From the NCBI RefSeq assembly GCF_004010195.1, contig NW_025215169.1, positions 1-64,000 on the forward strand: DNA of 64,000 nucleotides, written 5' to 3'. The translations under genes were made by a program, and so were the position numbers. Each line of letters opens with the position of its first letter. Position 1 is the first letter of the stretch. This stretch comes from Chiloscyllium plagiosum (lineage: Eukaryota). Below, one piece after another: positions 50,201-59,258 of the stretch. The notes under the pieces are model-generated. The model was not told the origin of the DNA and did no database searches. It worked only from the letters and a program-made list of their open reading frames with translations.

Positions 50201-51910
50201 ACGGCATTGAGTGTCAAGCTGGGAACGGTGTCTGGATGGTGGTGAGGGTCATCCTGGGGGCAGTGTGTGGACTACGGTGAGGGTCAGGCTGGGGGTAGTG
50301 TGTGGGTGGCTGTGAGATTCAGGCTAGAGGCGGTGTTGGGTGGTGGTGGGTGTCAGGCTGGGGGCGGTGTTGTGTGACGGTGGGTGTCAGGCAGGCGTTG
50401 GTGTTTGTTCAGAAGGGAGAATCGAGCTGGTGTTGGCGTGTGAACGACGGTGGGGTGAGTCTGCGGGCGGGGAGTGGATGGTAGTGAGGGTCAGGGTGGG
50501 GACAGTGTGTGTACAATGGTGTGGGTCAGGCTGGGGGCGGCGTGTGGATGGTGGGGAGGGTCAGGCTGGGGTGGTGTGTGGACAGCAGTGGGGGACAGGT
50601 TTGGCGCAGAGAGTGGATGGCGGTGGTGGTCAGGCTGGGGTTAGTGTGTGGGTGGTGGTGAGGTTCAGGCTGGGGAGGGTGTTGGATGGCGGTGAGGGTC
50701 AATTTGGGGTTGGTGTATGGGAGGTGGTGAGGGTCAGGCTGGGGCCAGCATTTGGATGGCAGTGCGGGTCAGGCTGCGGGAGGTGTGTGTATGATGGTGC
50801 GGGTCAGGCTGGGGGCGGCGTGTGGATGGTAGTGAGGGTCAGGCTGTGGGCGGTGTGTGTATGATGGTGCAGGTTAGGCTGGGGGCGGCGTGTGGATGGT
50901 GGTAAGGTTCAGGCTGGGAGCGGTGTGTGGATGGTGGTGAGGGTCAGGCTGGGGGTCATGTGTGGACAGCGGTGGGGATCAGGTTTGGTGCAGAGTGTGG
51001 ACGGCAGTGGTGGTCAGGCTGGGGGTGGTGTGTCGATGGTGGTGAGGTTCAGGCTGGGGGCGGTGTTGGATGGCGGTGAAGGTCAATTTGGGGTCGGTGT
51101 GTGGCAGGTGGTGAGGGTCAGGCTGGGGGCGGCGTTTGGACGGCAGTGAGGGTCAGGCTGGGGGCGGTGTGTTCGGCGCCAATATGGGTCAGCCTGGGGA
51201 TGGTGTGTGGGCGATGTTGAGGGTCCGGCTGCGGTCAGTATGTGGGCGGTGATGAGGGTCAGGCTTGTGGTGGTGTGTGGACAGTGGTGAGTTTCAGGCT
51301 GGGGGTGGTGTGTGGACGGTGGAGAGTGCCAGGCTGGGTGCGGTGTGTAGACAGCGGTGGGTTTCAGGCTGGGGGCAGTGTGCGGGTGGCAATGAGGGTC
51401 ATGCTGGAGACGGTGTGTGGACGGTGGTGAGGGTCAGGCTCGGACCGTGTATGGGCGACGGTGTGGGTCAGGCTGTGGCAGTGTTGTATGGCGGTGGGGG
51501 TCAGGCTGGCGGCAGTTGGTGAACAGCGGTGGAGTCAGGCTGGGGGTGTTTGGTGGACGGTGGTGTGGGTCAGGCTGGAGCGGTGCGGGATGGCGGTGAG
51601 GGACAGGCTGGTGGTGGTCTGTGGACGGCAGTGAGGGTCAGGCTGGGGCAGTGCGGGACGTCGGTGAGAGTCAGGTTGGGGACGGTTTGTGGAAGGTTGT
51701 GAGGATCAGGCTGGGAGTGGTGTATGGACAGCGGTGAGGGTCAGGGTGGGGACGGTTTGTGGATGGTTGTGAGGGTCAGTCTGGGAGCAGTGTGCGGATG
51801 GCAGTGACGGTCAGGCCGGTGGCGGTCTGTAGATGGCAGTGAGGGTCAGGGTGGTGGCGGTGTGTGGACGGCAGTGAGGGTCAGGCAGGCGCCGGTGTGT
51901 GGCTGGCGAT
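35221..51910 (+). repeat. Diverged ~35-bp G-rich satellite of the same family (consensus ~gtgagggtcaggctgggggcggtgtgtggacggcg)
   Basis: The core tgagggtcaggctggg recurs at ~34-35 bp spacing with many substitutions. Confidence 0.95.
39508..40290 (-). repeat. Inverted block of the 35-bp satellite
   Basis: Abrupt switch to the C-rich strand (cagcctgaccctcacc) at 39508 and back to G-rich at 40291. Confidence 0.95.
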
Positions 51911-52015
51911 GACACACTGTGACACTCTCTGACAGACTGTGACACACTCTGACCCGCTCTCAGACACACTGTAACATCTCTTAGACACACTGTGACACTC
52001 TCTGTCTCTCTCAGT
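51911..52015 (+). repeat. Short patch of the GACAC 10/20-bp satellite
   Basis: gacacactgtgacactctctgacagactgt is the same motif family as 59259-64000. Confidence 0.85.
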
Positions 52016-52019
52016 CACC

Positions 52020-53620
52020 ATTCTCCGCCTGCTTCACAATGGTCTTCACCAACACATTCGCCACATGCATGAGCAGGATGTGACAGACAGAACTAAGGAA
52101 TTCTACAATCAACATATTAGATCTAAGCCCTGCAGTCCTGTCACTTCCCATCATGAACGATAGTGAACAAATGAACGACTCATTGCAGGAGAAGGAGGCT
52201 CCACATATATCTGCAATAATCAACACTGGGTGAGCCCAGTAAATCAATGCAAAGATAAGGCTAAACCCATTCACTATGCTGATGGGTATGCCAACTTGGC
52301 CTACACTAATGGGTAAAGGCTGGGGCCTTGACAACATCCCAGCAATGGGACAGATGACATGTGCTCCAGAACATGCTGTACCCCTGGGCAAGCAGTTCCT
52401 GCTCAGCTACAGCACTGACATCTACCTGAGAGAGTGGAAATGTGCTCAAGTATGTGCTGTTCATAAATAACAGGACAATGTCAACCCGGCGAATTCCCAC
52501 TCCATCAATATGATATCGATCATGATAATGTGAATGAAACCTTCATCAGCAGTGCTATGAAGCAGCACCTACATACCAACAATCTGCACAGTGACACCAC
52601 GCAGCTCCTAACCTCACTCCAGCCTTCGTCCAAACATGGACAGAAAGAGCTGAATTCCAGAGGTGGGGTGAGTCTGACTGTACTTAACATCAAGGCTGTG
52701 TTTGGCCTGGTGTGGCTTCAAGGAGCCTGAGCAAAATTGGAGGCAATGAAAATCAGGGAAAATCTCCCCTGGGTGGAGTCATCCCTGGCAGAAAAGAAGA
52801 AAGTTGTGGTTCTTTGAGGTCAGTTGTCACAACTGCGGGACATCTCTGCAGGAGTTCCTCAAAGGAGTGTCTTAGGCCTGACCATCTTCAGTAATTTCAT
52901 TAATGGGACTTCCCTCCATCATCGGGTCAGGCATGGGGATATTAGCTAATGATTACACTGCATTTGCGACGACTCCGGTACTGAAGTACTCCTTATCCAA
53001 ATACAGTGAGACCTTGACAATATGCAGGCTTGGAATGAAAAGTGGAAAAAAGCATACATGGCACAGAAATGCTAGACAATGATAAACTCTAACAACAGTG
53101 AATCAAACAATTGTCCTTTGATATTGAATGGGGTTACCGTTACTGATTCCTTAATAATCACCATCATGAGATTACTGAACAGGACTATTCACTTAAATAC
53201 AGTGGTGACAAGGCAGGGCAGAAGCTAAGAATACTGCAGGGAATAACTCACTGCCTGACTTCCATCTGTCCACAAGTCAGGAGTGTGGTGGAACATTCTC
53301 CATTTGCTGAGATGAGTGAGGCTGCAACAACACTCAAGAAGCTTGACACCATCTGGGATAAAACAGTTCACTTGATGGCCACCACAACCATCTTATTTCC
53401 ACCACTGACTCTCAGTAGTAGCAATATGTACCAATTATTAGATGCATTGCAGAAATTCTCTAAAGTTCCTCAAGCAAAATTGCAAATCCACAATCATTCG
53501 AAGGACATGAGCAGCAGATACATGGGATCACCATGCACTATAAATGCTATTCCAAGTCAATCATCATCCTGATTTGGAAATATATCACCATTCTGTAAGT
53601 ATCTCTGCTTCACAGTCCTG
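52020..53620 (+). mobile_element. Degenerate non-LTR retrotransposon (CR1/L2-group) RT region
   Basis: 52848-52956 translates across a frameshift to AGVPQRSVLGLTIFSNFIN..LPSII.SGMGILAND, i.e. the RT motifs with a decayed FADD. WKCAQVCAVHK at ~52435 and LKKLDTI at ~53335 are also recognisable. Many stops. Confidence 0.8.
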
Positions 53621-53629
53621 CATTAGAGA

Positions 53630-53760
53630 CAAAAAAAAGTTGACATCTCCACCTGCTGATAGTCCAGTCCTGAAGAAGAGTTACACACGAAACATCAATT
53701 TCTCCCCCTCTTGATGCTGCCTGGCTTGTTGTGTTCTTCCAGCCTCCGTCCTGTCTATTT
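53630..53760 (+). mobile_element. Penelope-like fragment with hammerhead ribozyme core
   Basis: CTGAAGA (53670-53676), then AGAGTTACACAC, then GAAAC (53689-53693), followed by gatgctgcctggcttg...ttccagc, which is related to the other Penelope-like fragments. Confidence 0.55.
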
Positions 53761-54005
53761 CACAGCTCTTCATAACGGTATTATAAGTCTATGTCCTACA
53801 CATGGACACTGAGATTCATATCCCAGTTTAGTCACATGTGAGATAGATAAAAGCAACTTGATATGCCCTCGTATCTGGAATATTTGGAAACATAGTTACA
53901 TTATTGTCATGAAAACAATTAGTTGTGGAATTTCAAGGGAAAGATAATTGGATATTTTCAAAGTGCTTGGGCTAAATAATAATTTGATCCTGGGTGCGAT
54001 AACCA

Positions 54006-54598
54006 NNNNNNNNNNNNNNNNNNNNNNNNNNNNNNNNNNNNNNNNNNNNNNNNNNNNNNNNNNNNNNNNNNNNNNNNNNNNNNNNNNNNNNNNNNNNNNN
54101 NNNNNNNNNNNNNNNNNNNNNNNNNNNNNNNNNNNNNNNNNNNNNNNNNNNNNNNNNNNNNNNNNNNNNNNNNNNNNNNNNNNNNNNNNNNNNNNNNNNN
54201 NNNNNNNNNNNNNNNNNNNNNNNNNNNNNNNNNNNNNNNNNNNNNNNNNNNNNNNNNNNNNNNNNNNNNNNNNNNNNNNNNNNNNNNNNNNNNNNNNNNN
54301 NNNNNNNNNNNNNNNNNNNNNNNNNNNNNNNNNNNNNNNNNNNNNNNNNNNNNNNNNNNNNNNNNNNNNNNNNNNNNNNNNNNNNNNNNNNNNNNNNNNN
54401 NNNNNNNNNNNNNNNNNNNNNNNNNNNNNNNNNNNNNNNNNNNNNNNNNNNNNNNNNNNNNNNNNNNNNNNNNNNNNNNNNNNNNNNNNNNNNNNNNNNN
54501 NNNNNNNNNNNNNNNNNNNNNNNNNNNNNNNNNNNNNNNNNNNNNNNNNNNNNNNNNNNNNNNNNNNNNNNNNNNNNNNNNNNNNNNNNNNNNNNNNN
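54006..54598. other. Assembly gap (N)
   Basis: Run of N. Confidence 1.
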
Positions 54599-54745
54599 CT
54601 AACCCAGGGATTACTGGCTGATTCCCACCCCAACCTCTCTCCTCTCTCTAACCAGGGATCACTGCCTGATTTCCCCCCCCCCCTCTCTCTAACCCAGGGA
54701 TCACTGCCTGATTTCCCCCCCTCTCTCTAACCCAGGGATCACTGA
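54599..54745. repeat. ~40-bp intronic minisatellite (ctaacccagggatcactgcctgatttccccccctctct), 3-4 copies
   Basis: Read directly. It abuts the TFPT exon donor. Confidence 0.85.
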
Positions 54746-54746
54746 C

Positions 54747-54817
54747 CTTCGTTCTTGCTTGAACCTATGAGTTATTTTTCCAACGCACTCCAAGCGGTTT
54801 AGCAACATCTCATTGAC
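54747..54817 (-). CDS. TFPT: TFPT internal coding exon, 71 nt (VNEMLLNRLECVGKITHRFKQER-R)
   Basis: ttgcag|GTCAATGAG...CAAGAACGAAG|gtcagt. The translation matches human TFPT [24 protein letters not shown], and its phase-0 start fits the preceding exon. It is too short to appear in the ORF track. Confidence 0.9.
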
Positions 54818-55047
54818 CTGCAACGGAAACGGGACAGTTGACAGTTTACAAACAGCACTGCAGTAAGTTTGAATGTCCCTCTGTGTTAGTTTGTCTCAGA
54901 CTCGTTCGTGGACATTACACCCAGTGGAGGAACAGCCTGTTTAATGCTGTCCTAGAGTATATCCATCTCCCTCCGACAGTGCGGCCCTCCCTCAGTACTG
55001 GGCACCGGGAGGGAGGGAGTGTGGGCCTGGATTATGGAGCTCAGGTC

Positions 55048-55322
55048 CTAGAGTATATCCATCTCCCTCCGACAGTGCCCTCAGTAATGGCAGCAGGTGG
55101 AGGTGGAAATTGGGAGAACAGGGCTGAAGCAGTGGAAGTCCAACTTTACCAACTCAATCTCTTTGCAACGGCGCAGGAGAGCCTCAAGGCCTAGAGTATA
55201 TCCATCTCCCTCCGACAGTGCCCTCAGTAACGGCAGGTGGAGGTGGAAATTGGGAGAACAGGGCTGAAGCAGTGGAAGTCCAACTTTACCAACTCAATCT
55301 CTTTGCAACGGCGCAGGAGAGC
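55048..55322. repeat. ~140-bp tandem duplication spanning the TFPT exon end and splice donor
   Basis: 55048-55182 and 55191-55322 are near identical, differing by one C/T and one 3-bp indel. A third partial copy of ctagagtatatccatctccctccgacagtgc starts at 54952. Confidence 0.9.
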
Positions 55323-55577
55323 GTGGTATTTGTGGCGGTACGCCTCCCGGCGTCGCCGCAGCACCTGCTCCTCGTCTTCCTCCTCGTCTTCCTCCTCGTC
55401 GCCCTCCTCTTCCTCGTCCTGCACCTCCTCCTCCCTGCCCCGACCCTCGTGCAGACCCGAGTCCGTGAACTCCACCTCCTGCTCCAGCTCGCTCTCCAAG
55501 ATGTTGCCTCCGAAGAGTGGGGGGAGGGCCAGCTCCGAGCAGGGCCCCGGGAAGTCGTCGAAACCGACCGCCGCCAT
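55290..55577 (-). CDS. TFPT: TFPT (TCF3 fusion partner / INO80 complex subunit F), first recognisable coding exon
   Basis: [37 protein letters not shown]...[16 protein letters not shown] matches human TFPT MAAVGFEEF...[24 protein letters not shown]...RRKYQALGRRCREIEQ. Donor TTG|GTAAAG at 55290/55289. Confidence 0.93.
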
Positions 55578-57770
55578 TCCGGGCGCCCTCCTTGCTAATG
55601 TGGGGCGCGCCCCTCACCTCCTGGGGGCGGCTGGGCGGGCGATGGGGGTTAGCGCAGGGTGGCGGGAGCCCGCGTGTGGTGGGGCAGCAGCGGCAGCCTT
55701 GTCACCGTCACCGGCCAGCCAATGGGAAGCTGGATTCCGTCAGGAAGGGGCGGCCATCTTGGCGTGGTCTTGACGTCGCTCTGCGGTGAGGGGCTTGGCA
55801 GGGGTGGGGGGTGGGTGCGGTGGGGCTCCTTCTCTCCGTATCCACACAAATCTCCTCCTTGGGGCTCAGCGGGCAAAGTAAGGCAGAAGAGAAAAGAAAA
55901 GGAGTGGATTTAAAGCTGCTCCTGGGCCCTCATTGCTCAAAGGCCCCCTTGGTCAACCTTGGAGAGGTCAGAGGGCAATCCTCCTCCCCCTCCCGCCCTG
56001 AGGAAAAAAACCCTCCAGGACAAAATGGCGGCGGGGCCGAAGCAGGCGGGTCCCCGCGTTCGACGGACAGTTCGGAGGACCAATCGGAAAGCGCCGCCAA
56101 CTCCTCCTCCAATTGGGAGCCGGTAATGAGTGGAATGGCGTGTTTGTCTTCCTGACGGACACGCGCCGCGTCCAATCGGAGCAGAGAGCAACTGGCGTAA
56201 ATCCGCCACTAGCCAATGGGGGACAAAGGAAGGGCGGGTATTATTCTCGCGTTTAGCCCCACCTCTTCCACCCAGCGGCTGCGTATAGAAGGATTGACGC
56301 TGATTCTATCCAATCGGATCGGTTTCGTATGTGTCCCGCTATCCAATTGGAACACGCTCCTGCTCTCATTCCGCCCGCTGACGGTGGGGGGCCGTCTCAG
56401 CTGATTGACGGCGGCCTGATCCAATCCGCTGTCGAGTGTCTCCCAGCTCCCGCTGCCGATTGGTTGGCGCCCCTCTGACGGACGGCGGCCCAGCCCATTC
56501 GATTGCGTGCACCACCGTCTGCGACCCGCCCATTCGTAGATTGGCAGCAGGGCTACCCAATAGGCACCGGGGACCTCACCGGCCTCAGCCAATCGTCGGC
56601 GTCGTGCCCGCGCCATGATTTCCCCACCAACACCCCGGAAATCTGGAAGTTTGCAGAACCTAAGTGGGGAACACTGATAAAAAAATAACACTTTGCAGTA
56701 TCAGAAAAAAAGAGATAATTAAAGCGCATTTAGTTTTTGCCGCCGGCGTTTAGAATTTGCGCGTGTTTGCTGACTTTGTCAACTGACCCTGTCAACTGAC
56801 CCCGCCCCTTTGCCGCATGTTCTTCCGTCGATTGGTCGCTTCCGGTCTGATTGACCTTCCCTTTCGCCAATCGGCCCTCCCTTCCTTACGATTGGCATTG
56901 TTCCCCACCAATCGCTGCCCACATCACCGACGCATGGACCAATGGTGCGTGAGAGAGGCGGGTCGCGTGTGCGTTCCCGCCCTTTCCCAGGTACGCTCCC
57001 CCATTTGTTCCTTCATCCCACGATTGACGTGAGCCTTCGCCCAATGGGCCATCCGTATATGTGTGGCGTCACAGTAGGGGGCAGGGTATGCGCTCTAATT
57101 GGCCATCCGCCTCCGATCGACGTATTGTCCGCCAACCAACGGAGTTGCTCTCTCCCGGTGTAGGGCGGGCTTTCCGAGAGGGCGCTGCCATTGCGCCATG
57201 TTCTGATTGGCCAGTCTGCCCGAACAGACGTCCATCTCAACCAATCACCGCCCAGGCCTTAGGGGCGGACGAATTAGATTCAGATTGACGTGCAGCTTGG
57301 TCCAATCAACGCCCTTTCCGGACGGCTGCCGTTCAATGGGAACCTAGGGGAGGCGGGCGTTCGTTGCCGCCGACGATGAATGGTCGGTCTTCGCTGAGCG
57401 ATGTGAATCTGACCAATCGGCATTCGCCGTCATTTGTTTTTTTCCCCCCCACTCATACCATCTGCAGTGAGCGGGACCGGGAGGCGGGCTCCCCCGTGAC
57501 CGACGTGGCGGCAGACCAATGGAACGCCTCCGTCGCCCACCGGCGCGTCCGCCGATTCGTCAGCCATCCGCGACGTACGTGCCGCCGGCCCAATCGGAAC
57601 AGCCACCCTGCGCACCGGCCGAAGGGAGGGCGGGACGTCCGGATATCTCCCCTCACCTCCGGGTCCTTGGAGTTCGAGCGGCGGCGGTTGCGGCGGTTGC
57701 AGATTTGAAAAGGTTGGGCGCGCGCCTCGGAACGCGCGGCCGTTGGCGCTTCAGGCGGGAAGGTCTGATG
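55300..57770. promoter_or_regulatory. CpG island, probable bidirectional promoter (NF-Y CCAAT boxes, YY1, GC boxes, CRE-like, CHR/E2F-like)
   Basis: CpG-rich unique sequence with roughly 25 CCAAT/ATTGG by eye. YY1 motifs GCGGCCATCTTG (55750-55761) and CAAAATGGCGGC (56021-56032), TGACGTC (55771), TTTGAA (57704) and GGCGGGAA (57754). Confidence 0.8.
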
Positions 57771-58830
57771 TACCAGGATGTTGGCCACTCTTGACCAAAT
57801 TACCAGGATGTTGGCCACTCTTGACCACATTTCCAGGATGTTGGCCACACTTGACCACATTTCCAGGATGTTGGCCACTCTTGACCAAATTACCGGGATG
57901 TTGCCCCGTCTTGACCGGCTTTACCAGGACGTTGCCCAGTCTTGACCAAAACACAGGGACGTTGTCCAGTCCTGGCCGGTTTTACCGGGACGTTGACCAA
58001 AACACAGGGACGTTGCCCAGTCCTGAGCGGTGTAACCGGGACGTAGTCCAGTCTTGACCGATTTTACCAGGACATTACCCAGCCTTGAGCAATTTACAGA
58101 GATGTTGCCCACTCTCTTGACCAAATTACCAGGATGTTGCCCAGACTTGACCAATTTTACCGGGATGTTGCCCCGTCTTGACCAAAACACCGGGACGTTG
58201 TCCACTCCTGACCGGTTTTGCCGGGACGTTGCCCAGTCTTGTCCACTCCTGACCGGTTTTGCCGGGACGTTGCCCAGTCTTGACCAAAACACCGGGATGT
58301 TGTCCACTCCTGACCGGTTTTGCCGGGACGTTGCCCAGTCTTGACCAAAACACTGGGATGTTGTCCAGTCCTGACTGGTTTTACCGGAACGTTGTCCAGT
58401 CCTGACCGGTTTTACCGGGATGTTTACCAAAACACAGTGACATTGGCCAGTCCTGACCGGTTTTACCGGGACGTTGGCCAGTCCTGACCGGTTTTACCGC
58501 GATGTTGACCAAAACACAGCGACGTTGGCCATTCCTGACCGGTTTTACCGGGACGTTGCCCAGTCTTGACCGGCTTTGCCTGGACATTGTCCAGTTTTGA
58601 CCGGTTTTACCGGATCATCGCCCAGTCTTGACCAAAACACCAGGACGTTGTCCAGTCTTGACCAAAACACAGCGACGTTGGCCAGTCCTGACCGATTTTA
58701 CCGGGACGTGGTCCAGTCTTGACCGATTTTAGCAGGACATTACCCAGTCTTGACCAGTTTACCGAGACATTGCACGGTCAGGAGCAAATTACCGGGACGG
58801 TGGCCGGTCCCGCCTGGCTTTACCGGGACG
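57771..58830. repeat. ~30-bp minisatellite (accgggacgttgcccagtcttgaccggtttt / ...gaccaaaac variants)
   Basis: Read directly. A 10-aa periodicity in the ORFs (PGCWPLLTKL) reflects the 30-bp unit. Confidence 0.92.
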
Positions 58831-58934
58831 GTGCCCGACCGCCCTGAGATTTCGTGCCTGGGCCGGAGAGATCGGGAGACCGGAGTCGTGTCCCTGAAGA
58901 CCGAGGCGACGGGGTGGGGGTGGGGGTGGGGACG

Positions 58935-59165
58935 CGATTGAGATGTGTAGAGTCCAGCACGGAAACAGACCCACTGGTGAAAACCGTCCGTGCCGGCCCC
59001 GGTAACCTGTTTGCCAGCACCTGGCCCGTATCCCCCTCATGTTATCAGATTAGGTTCCCTACAGTGTGGAAAACAGGCCCTTCGGCCCAACAAAGTCCAC
59101 ACCGACCCTCCGAAGAGGGGCGACCCAGCCAGACCCAGTCCCCTTCAATCCCTCCCTCCCTATCC
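58935..59165 (-). mobile_element. CR1/HE1-like SINE 3' tail fragments
   Basis: cagcacggaaacagaccc and ttccctacagtgtggaaaacaggcccttcggcccaac match the tail at 2290-2345. Confidence 0.75.
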
Positions 59166-59258
59166 NNNNNNNNNNNNNNNNNNNNNNNNNNNNNNNNNNN
59201 NNNNNNNNNNNNNNNNNNNNNNNNNNNNNNNNNNNNNNNNNNNNNNNNNNNNNNNNNN
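59166..59258. other. Assembly gap (N)
   Basis: Run of N. Confidence 1.

Noticed and set aside
35459..51599. Many V/G/W/C-rich ORFs
   Set aside because: They are translations of the diverged satellite.
36260..51860. Chi-like GCTGGTGG octamers
   Set aside because: They are one substitution from the monomer's GCTGGGGG, and Chi has no established role in vertebrates.
7641..51910. CRISPR-like array (35-bp periodicity)
   Set aside because: There are no unique spacers and no cas genes, and the context is vertebrate.
53896..54730. Long ORFs of 245-260 aa
   Set aside because: They consist mostly of N-gap translation.
55218..55773. Plus-strand Ser-rich and Leu-rich ORFs
   Set aside because: They are antisense shadows of the TFPT acidic exon.
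56025..56126. Short ORF MAAGPKQAGP... after CAAAATGGCG as a coding first exon
   Set aside because: It has no recognisable homology and ends at a stop after about 33 codons. The motif is adequately explained as a YY1 site.
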